Shown here one piece after another: positions 13,301 through 26,600 of a stretch of 64,000 nucleotides of DNA. Below the pieces are notes generated by a model that saw nothing but the letters and a program-made list of their open reading frames with translations, made no database searches and was not told the DNA's origin. This DNA is from Phoronis australis (Eukaryota; Animalia; Phoronida), in contig NMRA01000029.1 of assembly GCA_002633005.1 (NCBI GenBank), forward strand, positions 1,026,086 to 1,090,085, in the 5' to 3' direction. Both the position numbers and the translations under genes were made by a program. Each line of letters starts with the position of its first letter. Positions within the stretch are counted from its first letter, which is position 1.

Positions 13301-16300
13301 AGGAACATGTTGAGACAACAAGTTTACATTGAAAAGTGTTCTCAAACAAAAGTTGTTGCCGCTTTAAAAATGTTTACCAGCATGTCGTCTATAACAGAAA
13401 TATCACCAGAATTCTTTAATCAGGACTGAAATACAACAAGAAAGAAAAACTTCATGCATAGCATAAATTATGTCAAGTTAATGACTGATAACAGAAAATT
13501 AGAATAAACGCGATCACGACGAATGCCAAAGAAAACCCTTTTCACGCAATGAAATTTTTTTCTAACATCTGTCTGTTCTGCTTAACAAATAATACCTGCA
13601 TGCGAAGCGAGTTCTGTTGGCATATTTCCCGACGTCCGTAACTTTGTCCATTTTCGGCAAGCTATGTTGAATCGCCACAACTGGAACATAAAAAGCCTTG
13701 ACCTCAGTTATAATATTCAGCTTCAAAATGAATGGCCTTGACCTACTGCTTTGTCCACTCTGCTCCCATCGTCTTTCGATTCGCAATTCTGACCTCTACC
13801 CTTGACAACACTAATACAGTGCACCAAAGCATTAAGTTGGTGGTCATAACTGAACAGGTCAACTAGTCAGCAGGGGTGTTCAGCATACCGTACGTCCAAG
13901 ATATTTTAATGAAATTGGTACAACAGAATAACAATAACAAAATTAATAAAAAATAAAATAGATATATGGAAGTGAGTGAAATCACAGCTGAAAGTGGCTA
14001 TAACTCAGGTTCAGCAAAGTTTTGATTTTGACCTTTTTTGAAAAAATATCTCAATTTCTCTGTAACTAGTTGAGAACTCATTTCTCGATTAGAAATAACG
14101 AAGGAAATAAATCTGAAACTAAATAAGGCTATAATATTTTTGTTTCTGTTGACGAGGGATGTCATAACATCTGAAAATCCCAGTTTATCCATTATCGTTT
14201 TATTTACCTAAATATATTCTGAATTAGAAAAAAATGACTAATTTTTTTATTACTTGAGACTATTCTTAACCCATACAATCATAACTTTGACAAGCAAACT
14301 TGTAGAGCCTGATCTCAATGAACATCACTCAGTTATCTCCAAGCTCAGAGATCATCTTATTCCCAAATCTGACAAAGGATCGAGTTGAGACGAATTTCAT
14401 AACAGCAAGTGACTTCAATCAAGTGAGGTTTGTAGCCGTTTTATAGTTGATCTGGTTTCATTTTGATTCTTCGCGACGACACACCTTCGGTCATGGAAAT
14501 TGTGTGCAGTATGAACCAGGAATAAAACAAAAGTTGCCAGGGAGGCAACATAAAGGCAGCTCACAGGTACTATACTGGGTGACATTTGTAAATTCTAATG
14601 TAGAATAAGAGCTATTTAGTGAAGTTGCAAGACTCATAACGAGTACTCCATTATAAATAATTGAAATTACTAGAAAGCCAGATTTCCTTTCATAAGTCCA
14701 AGGACCCATGTCACGAGAAAAGACATAGGGAGTAAGTCAGAAAATTCCAACTTCCATATTACTAAATAAAAGTTATGACACTGTTTAGCTACAGTAAGTA
14801 CATCAGAGTTTAACATTTGATAACTTACAGCACTCGATGCTTAGCTTAACGCCAAGTCGTATTTGGTGACCTGCCAAAATTCCTAGGTCGCTAGATGGAA
14901 TCTGAGGTTGCAGAAATTCCCAGGTCACCAAACGAAATCCGAAGTTGATGATCCTCCTTGAAATTCGCCAAGCAGCAAAAAGGTTGTATGATCATAACGT
15001 GCCCCCATTTGCATTATTAGGATTATTTTTGGCTCATAATTGTGTGGAACACAATACGGTATTTATGGCTTAAACCATACGCCTCTATTCAATAAAGCAG
15101 AGATCATGTTACATGCCTAAAGTCGCTACAAACCTCCTTAAACAGTGGGTATATAGTGTCGCCTGTGTCATCGTTGTGAGCATTCGAGAAGTCAGGGTTG
15201 TACCCACCCAATGAATAGATATTGCCCTCGTCTACAACAATGCGATGACCACTCCTAGGTTCAGGTTTTGAGGCTAGAACACAAAACGATAAACATCTCA
15301 CCCAACACATTAGCTTAAATCTTTATTTCATCCTATTTAATTTACCTAGCTTCAGATAATAATCCAATTAAGCCAGATCTTTGGCCAACCAGTCGGCTTG
15401 GGCAACCGTCGTTATCCCTAAGAGTGGCTGACTATAGTCAGTCACGGCAGACGTCGTTAAGGAGAGAATCCAACCATAACTGGACACGGCAGCTGATACC
15501 TTTGAGGCCACGCAACCAAAGTCGATCTTGGCAAGCGAGACCGGCCGGTGGACATCACGGATCCAGAGTCCGGCCAACCAGAGTGGAGTAGATGGACAAA
15601 CTCGTTGCCAAGATCAGCCAATCGTAGTCAGACCGTTCTGAAGAGTTTTCCAACCGCTATTGTCCTTGGTGTGAGGAGGACCGTGATAACCCGGCCAGAC
15701 ATGTCATATAACACCATCTTCTTGAGGGTATGGCATTGGGTGGACTAACTCCCAGAACCAAGTGCAGTTAACGATCTAGTCTCTGGGTACTAAAGAACTG
15801 GGGAGACACGCTCTGGTGCACTTTGCTGGAAGACTTGCTGAGTATAAGGTTACATGGGGATCATCCCAGACAGTGAGGACCTTCGAGAACAGGTGACAAT
15901 GCAAAGTAATATGTGCAACCTCCTACTGCCAGAGTGCCTAGACTGGGTAAACCTAAACAGTCCCTTGATGAACCATCTTGTGGTTCTCGAGCATCTACTA
16001 AGTCAAGGTCAATGTACAGACCTCATACGTTTCAAAGACAAGGCCTGCAACCGGATTAGAGAACCAGCCATGTGGTTGGGGGAGTACTGGTGCCCGCCCA
16101 AAGACTCACCCAAGAAAATAGAGATGTCCTCCAATGAGCTGTATTAAAGACCAGGGCAGGTTGTAATATTTCAGATTTACATCTGACAACAGAGGATTTA
16201 TTACTCAGGGCCCCAGACAGAGAGCAAATCAAACCAGAAGTGCCAGTTCAGTAGCAGATGCTTACTTCCACATGGACAGATCGCTAGGTGGAGATCAGGT

Positions 16301-19300
16301 AAGTAAAAACTCTCAAGACTCTAAATACTTGGACTTGGCAAAGTTTGCTGATGTTTTGACTTCTGTAAAATTCACCGCCAGTATGGCTGTGTATGCGATT
16401 CAAAAACCTGGGAACACGCAGTCCTCTCTTGGATCCTCAGCTCAAAATTACAGTTGTGTTCCATCCAAGCATATGAATCCACGAAATGATGCAGGACTAT
16501 GGGATAATATGGTTGGTTATCTGCTGGATCATGATAGGGTGGTAAGTGCTCTGGGCCAATTTGGCATAGACTTCACTCAGGTCCACATGCAGGTAGAGTA
16601 GACAGATGTGAATGGATATCAGTTTAAGTTCAATTCTGGAAGGATACCTTGGTGGAATGGCACAAACCTGACGTGGGTCGGGGACGACCAGAGGTATTTC
16701 ATGCTTATAAAAAAATAATTGCAGGCGGTCTGATACACGTTGTACCAGACGTGCGCAGGCCTCGCATGTGGGCCCATTGCACTGATCACCTGGAAATATT
16801 TTTAAGCTTTATTTATATATGGTTAAAACCGAGCTGAGGAGCTAGAAACCTGGCTCAATGGTTCAGCAGTGTAACCTGGTGGGACTCGAACCCACTATGC
16901 TTGGGATGAGAAAACATTCTAGACAGCCTTAGTGATCTTGTTCGGGTTAGTTAGTGAAACACTGAACCCTGACATTAGGATCCAGATACATGCGTTCCAC
17001 GTTTCGGCAGAAGAGGTAAGAAAGTGGTTAGCTTAGTTTCCAAAAACGTACATCTCAGTAACTGGCAGTAGTCATGGCATTCATACAAGACTAGAGAAGG
17101 GAATTCGTACAATTCCAATGAACTGTCTTTTGGTAGAAACTCCGTGAATGGCTAGAGAATGTGGGCAGAATTCAAAATTTGAATCTAGAGGACTTGGAGT
17201 TTTTTTGAACAACCATGAGTCAACGAGTTCGCCAATTTTAGCACTTATTTGCAGTTTCATTTTGGGAGAGGAAGGAGACAGTGCACTCATGACAAATTTT
17301 ATATTGTATTTTTCAGGTCTCAGTTCAGACGTGTTGAATCTATAATGAAAAGAAAACGAAACAAAAAGTGTAAATATGTTCAATTTAATGTCTGAGCCAG
17401 TTGGGATTCTAGTGTACGTATTGGGGATAGTACCCGAATTTGGCTTGTACTAGGCAATTACATCGCCATGGATGCCACAGGCATACAGGGACGATAGTAC
17501 ATTCCTACAAAAAGTTACAAATTTCAAAATACAGGAAATAAAATCAAATGAAACATGCATATATACATGGAGTTATAATTAATATACCATAAGATTTCAC
17601 CACACTTGGTATTAAATTTAGTCTTGAGCTGCCTGAAATAACCACATTAAATTATGAAGAAAAGATCAGTGAAATTGAAGGTGATCTCAGGACGTGGGCC
17701 AAAAGAATTTTGACTCCCCTGGCAAAAATAACTGTAATTAAATTATTTATGACTTCCAAGCTAACTCATTTGTTTATTGCAATACCTTCCCCGTTACAGG
17801 AAACGATTCAAAGAATAGAAAAACTTTTCTATAATTTTGTACGGGATGGTAAAAACGATAAAATCGGTCGTACTACGTGAATTCAAAATTTCACGCATGG
17901 AGGCTGTAAAATGATACACATTTGGCTCTTTTATCAAATCTTTAAAGGTTTCATGGTTTCGTAAAATAAATTCATGTAGTGAAGAGTTGTGGATGGACAA
18001 TTTGTCCCAAAATAACTTTTTTAATACCCATCGTAACTACTTGTGCTTTGGCACAACATTTTATGATATCTGGTCCAAAAATATTTCAAATTTGTTCTGG
18101 AAAGAGATATTCTCTTACATTAAAGAATTTTTGAGTAAATTTCTTATAAAAAGAGAAAATATTATATATGAACCTTTGTGGTACAACTCTAATATTTTGG
18201 CAGGTAAAAGACATTTATACTATAGAAGGTGTTATGAGAAAAATATTGTATTTATTTATGCCTTTTTAGACTCTAATGGGACGTTTATGAATTATGAAAC
18301 TTTCTGTAACGTACATGATTTTTCTTCACCCTTCACTGAATACCTTGGTCTTAGGAGTATATCACGATCATATCTAAAAGATAGTAAAGGTCACGACTTT
18401 CAAGTTACTTTACCTAATTTTCCACAGGTATTCTCTAACACCCTATTTTGTAAAAGCCAAATAAATATATCTATGATACTTTAGTTTATCAGCTATATAG
18501 AAAACCAAAATCTGAGTTAAAATGGGAGATGGTGTTAAATTTGCAATAATCTGATGAATGGTGGAGAAAAACCTACTGTTGCTCTGTAAACTTCACATCT
18601 GATACGAAATTAAAATGGTTTCAAATTAGATTGACCCATAGAATTTAAGTACAAACACTTTTCTCCATAAAATTGGAGTTACTAACTCGCAATTGTGCAC
18701 CTTTTGTAAAAGGGAACCAGAGGACTTAATTCATCTCTACTGGTCATGTCATGTTGTGTGTTCCTTTTGGTCGGCATTATTTCGATGGATCAACCAAAAA
18801 GTAAATATAACCTTTAAATCCTGCCATCATCGATATTCTTTTTGGTAAGCATTCTGAATAAAAAGTAATAAATCTAGTATTAATATTGGGTAAATATCAT
18901 ATGTATCGTCGTAGGTTAGAAAAACGCTTGCCCTGTATTGAACATCTCAAGGCAGAGATATTGAAAAATTGAAAAATACATTTTTCCTAAAAATTGTGAA
19001 CTTTTGGAATTTCATAAGAGATGGTCTCCTATGGTTCTTTTGTTTCGTTGACTGAGGTTACAACTAAGATTTAGGCCCCCGGAGTGAATGAGTGTATGAA
19101 TGTGTATATTCCCTTTAAATTTATTTAATGTCTCACACTACTTATGGATGAATAAATGTTCTCACGCAAAAAAAAAACATATACCATAAGACGATTCAGT
19201 CAAGATAATTTGAACAAATTGATGAAAATCTGTCGCAGTTTGCTAGAGTTTCTCTCACCAGTGCCATGTTGACGAATAAAAAGTCCAAGTGATACAAATC

Positions 19301-20409
19301 TTAAAAATTTCACCCGATACCTTCCCATCCAATTTTGCAAGTGTCACGCACTTTGCTCAGTCTCACGCTAGCCTTTGCCTAACTCACATGACTCAGTTGA
19401 AAAACTTTGTAGTTATCGCACGCGTGGTGAAAAAGTTAACGGTGACCAAAAAGGTGAAGTTGTAATTCTTCGCCAAAGTCACCATAATTCTCATAACTAA
19501 GCTACATCGAAGATATGTGTAGAAGTAGAAAGGACCACTGAAGAAGCGCTTTTTTAAGTGATAGTTTGAAGTGTGGAATGTACTTTTGACGAGGTGGAAC
19601 CTCCTAATCGGTGGCCGGATTTGGCCTACTGCCGTGTAAAATACACAGGACGAATTCCGTACAGGAATTGATTGGAAGTACTGTAGCCCCTAACCGGCCA
19701 ACCAAGGGGCTACGTGTTCCCTAGGCTTGTACATACGAATTGAATTTGGGCCGGAATCCTTAAAATTGAATGGGGAGAAATGTTGTGTAACTGGATAGGC
19801 ACACGACTGTTGTCTTGACGAAGATTGAAGCTAACTGCTTGGTTTGCAGCGACCGTCACCTGGTGTGTGGCTGAGACATCCGTCGCCATAGTTTGACGCT
19901 TCGAAACTCCCTCCCCCTCATAGAAGATGTCTCATTCTCAGAGTGAAATATATTCTTACCAACCACAACATAGAGAATTCAGGTAGGGCCTAAGGCTTAT
20001 ATTGCAGAGCACAATGTACACAATCAACAGCCAAATTTCATTTTGTCAAATTTCTCAACAAAAAATTACTTTGCCTTAATTTAAGAAACTTTCTTTGGCA
20101 TAGTTATCATCAAAAAACATTTTGGAAATTTTTAGCATTTGCAATAGTAATGTAAACCTCTGAAAATAGAAATATTATGAGCTGCCATTCCTCAGATTCC
20201 TGGACAAGTTGAATGAAGAATTTTTACAACCTCCTTCTATCTGGTAATTTACGTTCTTGAACCCCAAATGTCGGGAGCACTACCGGCTCGGGCACCAGCG
20301 TCAAAATAGGGAATAGATTACACTTATACTTACTAATAACATCATTTGCTGGGTTAAGAGTGAAAAATGTGAACGGACGCGTGCTTCCACGCGTACTTTG
20401 CATGTTCAT
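4355..20409 (-). CDS. KLHDC10: Kelch domain-containing protein 10 (CRL2 C-degron substrate receptor), ~391 aa, 9 exons
   Basis: Exons 5'->3': 20409-20334, 15273-15134, 13680-13596, 12875-12721, 12461-12319, 7767-7683, 7375-7261, 6211-6069, 4588-4355. All introns are GT-AG and phases match. Motifs: PEPRSGHRIV, GGYNP, YPLFKELWRF, MPTELASH, LLLFGGTGIPFG, VLGGTTGWQY, RYRHEV, PGPRKCHSCV, PRPVYFHSAA, GCMFIYGGVV and the BC-box VPRLTDLCW. Alternative in-frame ATGs lie at 20442 and 20403. Confidence 0.93.
8760..9470 (+). mobile_element. Degenerate LINE ORF1 fragment (CR1/L2-like) in a KLHDC10 intron
   Basis: Frameshifted peptides appear in typical ORF1 order: EQYSRR..VSGIKE, RTHRLGK, RNLICKFISY, DLTK, KTWTTDGEIFVK. 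Confidence 0.6.
9740..10850 (+). mobile_element. Internally deleted Gypsy LTR retrotransposon remnant (Gmr1-like domain order)
   Basis: A post-protease-like VKVGQRPSLPV..LLLGN..AGGKVIPE segment is followed by an integrase Zn-binding region (VIPKPYSHEILSLV..LPLGGHLGANKTFNKITKQFFW..HACQMVCKPN). This joins directly to RNase H (FSKKLNK..YSTIKKEAL..VYTDDNPLVF..RLINWRLILQE..IVHIKGKHNVIADCLSRC*). A purine tract AGGGAAGGTAG precedes TGTTA, a putative LTR start at 10846. Confidence 0.8.
13170..13243 (+). repeat. Minisatellite, 3 x 24 bp (AAATGGTGTTCCAAAATTAGACAA)
   Basis: Tandem copies seen directly; they give the NGVPKLDK repeat in the ORF track. Confidence 0.9.
16710..16815 (+). repeat. Dispersed ~110-bp repeat (second copy, see 2895-3005)
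   Basis: Near identity to the reverse complement of 2895-3005. Confidence 0.85.
17530..19650 (+). repeat. Copy of the unclassified repeat family at ~60360-60930, interrupted by the LINE
   Basis: 17535-17594 joined to 19192-19650 aligns colinearly with 60375-60930. Shared segments include CATGGAGTTATAATTAA, GAGTTTCTCTC, CTCAGTCTCrCGCTAGCCTTTGCCT and ATTCTTCGCCAAAGT. Confidence 0.8.
17595..19178 (+). mobile_element. 5'-truncated L1/Tx1-clade LINE with poly(A) tail and 13-bp TSD
   Basis: ORF2 C-terminal peptides: TLGIKFS, WAKRILTPLAKITVIK..SKLTHLF, FWKEIF, EPLWYNSNI, LKWFQIRL.HRI and the zinc knuckle CTFCKREPEDLIHLYWSC. AATAAA is followed by an A-run at 19168-19177. TSD ATATACCATAAGA lies at 17582-17594 and 19179-19191. 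Multiple frameshifts. Confidence 0.9.
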
Positions 20410-20639
20410 CAAATCGTTCACAATGTGCGGAGTTTTCAACATATATCCTTTTTGTTTTCGTATTTAAATGGAAAACAAGATAAATGTTCTTCATTTGTCA
20501 TGTTTAACTTACAATCGCCTATTGTTGGACATTAAAATTCATTTTAGCTCAATATTTCAAAAAAACTCTTTCAATGCACTTTGTGCTCTTAGTTTACGTT
20601 TCAATACCAAATTAGGATGATAATTGCACGTTAGCTAAC
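20410..20639. promoter_or_regulatory. Putative bidirectional promoter for KLHDC10 and ZC3HC1
   Basis: The divergent start codons are only ~230 bp apart. The ZC3HC1 start lies in an AACATGGCGGC (Kozak/YY1-like) context. Confidence 0.65.
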
Positions 20640-23600
20640 ATGGCGGCGACGGAGAAGGCGGTCAAAGTTAAAGAGTTAATATCTGACTTTCTCTACAGAT
20701 CCAACGACCAAGAAAAGTATTAAATTTTTTTCCTGGGAAACTAAGTTGATTCTCATACGGTGGCGTTCTTTTCAATGTATTTTCTTATGTTCTTGTTGCT
20801 TAAACTAGCTTGCCGTCTGGCACCTTCGGGCTTCGGTCCAATAGGCAATAGAATACAAGACAAGGCAAGAGACTCCAAGACCAAGCCCATCAAGGCCAAG
20901 GGCTTGGCATGAAAAAATGACGAGTTACAACCACTTATGAAAATTCCACACTGCCGGGATGTGAACCTGAGGTCATCCATGTACAATTCAAGCATTTCAC
21001 TAGACAATGACCATCGTCTCTACTGGCTGTGCCAACATAGACGATGGGCATTGTCCATTTAGGTCCAAACTCAACAGGCAACTACTCATTAGCAGGCCTT
21101 ATGGTTTATCCTGCAGACAGTACCTCTGTCTCAACTGCCAGCAGTAGAGATGGCGGCCATTCCATAGCCCCGTCATTCTCCCGAAACTTTTCGGTGAATT
21201 ATGCCTTACACTGATTCAGCCATCAAAGTACTTTTGTGCATAGAGGGTCACCTTGCAAGGCTGTTGATGTCTTAAAGGAGAATGCCACTGGATTTGATTA
21301 GTCTGTTTTGCTGTCTTAATCAGTCTATATCCGCATCGCCTCGCATACGGTCGACCTTACCTTGCCAAAACTGGCAAAAGGTGTCGCGTTAACTTGTGAG
21401 GAAGGTGAGAAATGACGCTAGCAACGTCAGTGGTTCATATGCAGAGTGAATGCCGCTGTGTTGCGGTACATAGTACCCGCTTGTCCGAACAAAGCAGCTG
21501 CGAGGAAAGCGGGTGTATCGTTTTTTTTTTTACTTCCTCGAGAGTCCGAAATGCTTAGGAAGTGGCTCATGGTAGTGAAGAATGAAATAAACGCTGTAAA
21601 TAGCAAGTATGAGGCCGTGAAACATCTCCGTGTCTGTGGCCTTCAGACGTCGCAGTGCTTGACGAATGCTGGCTTACCAAATAACTCCATACGTTCCGTT
21701 GTCTGAGCTTGTTCACGGCGTCTCTCTAGTATTTCTTCATCACTGTATTCCTGTTCGAATTGATAGCCTGTAAAACTTAACGATCCACCTGCGAAGTCGG
21801 GACTGATGAGCTCTAGCTCGTCCTAAGTCGGGAATGCGAGTTGCCATGTTGGCGTTTATTACTGAGCGTTCTGTTTCAAAATGTATTATTCTCACCCTAA
21901 CCAATACTTATATGAAACTGAAACAACGTCTGTCTCATTAGATGCAATTTGTAATGCCTTTGGAGTGTTTGTGAGTGCAAAGGATTTGAAAAGCCAACAA
22001 TGAATAAATCACTGCGTTACCCAGCTTTAGGTGCAATAAAACTAATTGACGGGACACCAAGGCCGTGTGAGCTCATGCTAATTTTGTGTTTGCTGACAGA
22101 AACTGTGAAACAACTCGATTTCCATCCCACGGCCAGGTGTTAGGGGAATCTTTATTTACATTTACTTTACTCAAATATAATGATTGTCAGTGTACAATTT
22201 CTGCCCTGACGGTGCTGTGGCCAACTGCGGAACTGAATTCGCGGCCCCCGACGAGTAAATAGATTTGCAGTTTCATGGCTAATTCACCAACATAATCAGG
22301 TGCACATTACTTTGGCTTACTAGTATAGTATTTTCATGGCTGAAAGTTTAGTTTCCACTGAACTTTGGCTGGTTTATGTTCGTGATGTCTGATCAGTTTC
22401 CGAGACACTGGCCGGTCGCGACGGGCATGATCGGGCTCCGGGCCACTGGTCAAGCTAACAAGCGCTTTGTGTTTAGAACTCAAAAAATCGCAAGTCTAAA
22501 CAACACAGATCTAGGTTCTCCTGTCTGTATCTCACAGAAAATACTTCGAAGTTATCTCCGAACAGACCTCAAACTCCTACTACTAATGATTACGGACCTT
22601 ATTGACCTGCCGAACTTTGTAGGCTACGGTGTGTCCAAATACCAATAAATGCGTAAGAGCGAAATAAAACAACACGTTTTTATAAGAACTTGGTGTATTT
22701 TTAAGGGTTTTAAATCGAAGTTTGATGATTTATTTGTGTTAAACGATGACTTTAAGCGATAAGCTGACACCAGTAACCCGTGTTGTGAACTGCTGAACAG
22801 ACTGCGTGTGAAACTGATGACGTCATTGGATAATTTCAAGACCTCCGCCTGCCGTCAGTGTCAGGTAACGCAACCGTACGTGTCGTTATGGAGTAGAACT
22901 ACTCGATCTAAATTGATACAAATTAGGTTGTTTTTTTGGGTGGCATGCTCCTTTAAGTCTTCCCTGCTCAAACAAATACTCGACGTGCAAACACACTTTT
23001 TAATATGACCAGTTGGCCAAAGAACAACTGTGAGTAGAGGCCAATGATTAAGAAAGGTTTTTGTGTTACATTAGTTTGTTACAGATTCACTGCAAGAACT
23101 TGAGTTGATATTGATGGGGTCATTTTGAAACCTGCTTTCTGCAGTGTCCAGGAAGTTTTAATGCTTCTCCATGTTTAGAAACTGGTTTGAGGTTCTAGAC
23201 ATTTTCATACTTGGAAATTTTTCACCCTGGTCAACAACTGTGACTTGCTCCAGGCTTGAATGTGGGTGTGATTTAGCACAGAATCAACACCTACTAGTAG
23301 ATAAATACTTTTGGGCTAAAAGGCAAGCAACCTGAAAAATTATAATCTGACGGGCAAATTGTTACTCCTAACTTTTGAAATTTTAAAGAAAACAAAGATG
23401 TCAAAATGTTGTACATGTTCAAAACAAATATAAAACAAGTACCAGTAATTACAGGCATTCTGTGCTTTTTGTTGCGAATTTTGCAAACAAAATTGACACT
23501 ACCAATAGCAGTTTAATTGTTACATGTACTAAAAATTGAATCAGTAACACCTGGCGCTGTTCAATTCATTCTATTAGCAAGGTCTGTCATAAGCTGTTGG

Positions 23601-26600
23601 TAGCCTTGAGTGTATCTGAAGTGTATTCATTTGTTTCTCTCTGTGCTTTCAGTCAAGATTGTGTTGAGCACCATAAGGAGAGTGAAGCGACCTTACCAAG
23701 CAAGCCAAGAAATAAAGATGCCTTTGTTAAAAGGGTCGAGAGTTTCACTGTACGTTTATAATTATCTGTGGAATTTGTTTGTTCAAAAGCCATTTACAGC
23801 ACCATATTAAAAACTAGAGGTCTTTTAGCGTGGCAAGTTGGCGCTCCTGAAGTTCTACTTGATTATTCTATGAGTCATGTAAGGTTCATTGATTGTACCT
23901 GTATGTTTAGTCTAAGATTCAAACTCTAGTTAGTGATTGGTGATATCTGACCTTGACTTCTTTATAATGTGTGGCTTTGACATGTCGAAACTCGTCTTTT
24001 AAGAAAAGTATGTCCTTCAATCGGCCACTGTACTTCTTTTGACGTTCAGTTTTCTTTGATCGAAGGACATTCATGAAAACTCAGTGCCTACTCTTTTCTT
24101 TAGCAACTTTTTATCACAGTTTATGTCTGGAACAGTTTTTAATGTGTTTTTGGATTATTAGCTCATCGTAACATCACATTAAATTGCCCAGCCACTGGCA
24201 GGGTTTCTGTTAAATGCCGTTCTTGTCATTCTTGCCTATTTCCTCAAATAGCAAATTTGGTTTGGTGTCTATGGAAACTGAAAAACTTATTCTTTATAAA
24301 AAGGAACCTGTATAGGTAAATGGCTTTTTTAAAATGTTCATGAGAAAGGGCACATGCTTGGAAAACTTTGACGTCAATATTTGAAGTACACATACTGAAG
24401 TCGCCTGGGACTCAACCATACGTCGTTTGTAGTTTATACATATACCTCAGTCTAAGGATAGGTAAATAGTTCAAGCATATGTATTCATGAACAGCAACGA
24501 ACCAAGGAATGCATCTCAACCTATTGCATAAATGCCAATACTATATATCATTGAATTGGAGAAAGATATAGTGTACAGTTTTTGTTGATTAAGTTTTTTA
24601 AAAACGTCGACAAAGCCAAATAGTAAACTTGATCATGTGACTATAACTCTCCCAAAATACATTTGGATGAATTTAGATACCTTTTGTGACACTAACAATT
24701 TAAAATCCAGGAAAAAATAGGTAGCCTAGTTTAATAACTGTCCTTTGATCGAAGTACAGACTGTTGAACAAAGTACGGACTGTGTCAGTCGATGGACATA
24801 ATTTGTTTTATAGCAGGTTTCTACCTGTTTAATTTTATCTTGTTTTTTTGTTCATCTGAGACTGAAAAACACTGCATTGTGTATAAATCTGCTGTGTTAT
24901 TTGATCCTCGCATGTTAAGTGACTTATATGAAAACAACTCCCTGTGTGATAGGAACCAATTGTTCCATAGAAATGTTGAGTAAAATATAATCATTTACTC
25001 AGAGATGTAACATTGATGATTCACACGTTTCAAACTGCACTCTGTGTGGTCTTTTATCAACCAGTGGCTGCTTACTCTTGTTTCCCGCCATTGCGCAACT
25101 CAGAAGTAGGACTTGCTGTATAACAGGGTAATTAGGAGTCCTTGATCTTGGTTAATGCATCTCACACCTACATCAGTGAGATGAAATGAACACTGGGCAC
25201 TAGAAGGAATAAAGAACACATTGTCAACAAATCAAAAAACCCCATTGGAGTGGGATATGACTCGGGCAAATATAGGCTTACCATATGTGGTAACCATGCT
25301 GTAATCTTGGCAAAAAGAACATAAATTAGTATTTTGGTGAATTTTGAGAGTCACTTTTTACACTGAATATCGGGCATCAAACTGGTTTTCAAAATGTGGG
25401 CAAGTTATATGCAACAATTTATTTCCGCAAGGTCTAATAAGTCATTTTCATCAAAATCGAGAAACCTATCATGAACTGAGATCAAGGGCCCCTCATTCCT
25501 CCCAATAGATGACACCGTTCTACCTCCGGGTCACACAATGACTGGAATGATTTGTATTATGTTAAAATTAATCTAAATGCATAACAGAATTCATTATGTC
25601 TAATGTATTTAGTGGTAATAATATACAGGCTTGCTGCATTTGCCACAACCATAATTTGACATTATCCTTTATGTATTTGTTTCCACCATTACATCTTAGC
25701 CATGTGTTCTTGCAGACTCTCACCTGGTACGCCAAACCTTCTGCAGCCTCACCACTAGAGTGTGCTCGTTATGGGTGGATGAATGTTAAATCAGACCTTC
25801 TGAGATGCGTCAGTTGTAAGGCGGTCGTGTCAGGACAGCTGCCCAAGAATACACTGACAGAGGCTTGTAAGTTGTAGCTTGGTGTTGCTGTGCACTAAGC
25901 TTTCAATCAGATTGTGGTTCTTTTGTGCAGTGGGCTGTATTGATAGAAGTTTATACAATATGATAACAGAAAGATTTAAAGTATTGACAAGAAATTAAAT
26001 TTTGCCTCTTCTGGTCTTAACGTGAACGTCCACAGAGGATGAACGTAATATGCTCTGTTCACGTCAAGGCACATAACATTGTGATAAGTGGGTGGAGGGA
26101 GAGGTGCAAACTGTGATGATTGCAGCAGCTCAGATTAACAGGGCTCCAGACTTTTTATAGCTCAAGGGCCCTGAGAAACCATGATCCGGCTTTGACTGAA
26201 TGTTTTGGTGTTCACCTGTCTACTTCAGATGCAGAAAGCTGTAAAAAACTCGAAACCAGCATCAAAAGTAGTCACAAGACAATTTGCCCATGGCCACACA
26301 ATCCTAGCCCAGGTAACCAGCAATAGTTTCCTTCAGACTCATTTGAACATAAGGTTTTTAGTAGAAGTCTCTTAGAATAATCACTTTAAGCCATGTCTTA
26401 TGTACATCAGGATCGGAGGTGCAAGTGTGCTCAGAAGTGTCATCCATGATCTGCGCATGAATAATAGTGTAATGCTGTGAAGTTAGAAACGCAAGCTTGC
26501 CATATTATAAACCTTGAAATTTGTCTTTATACTTACCGTTTAGAACTTATAAAGATTGCACTGTTTGTACCTTTAACTGATCCACAGGTTTATATGAATT

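Noticed and set aside
16878-16893. T-arm/B-box motif read as a tRNA gene
   Set aside because: No acceptor stem, D-arm or anticodon arm could be built. At most it is a SINE remnant.
20443-20451. ATATCCTTT on plus (and GTATCCTTT on minus at 36897-36905) as extra U12 donors
   Set aside because: No matching U12 branch site or acceptor was found and the gene models do not need them, so they are probably chance matches.
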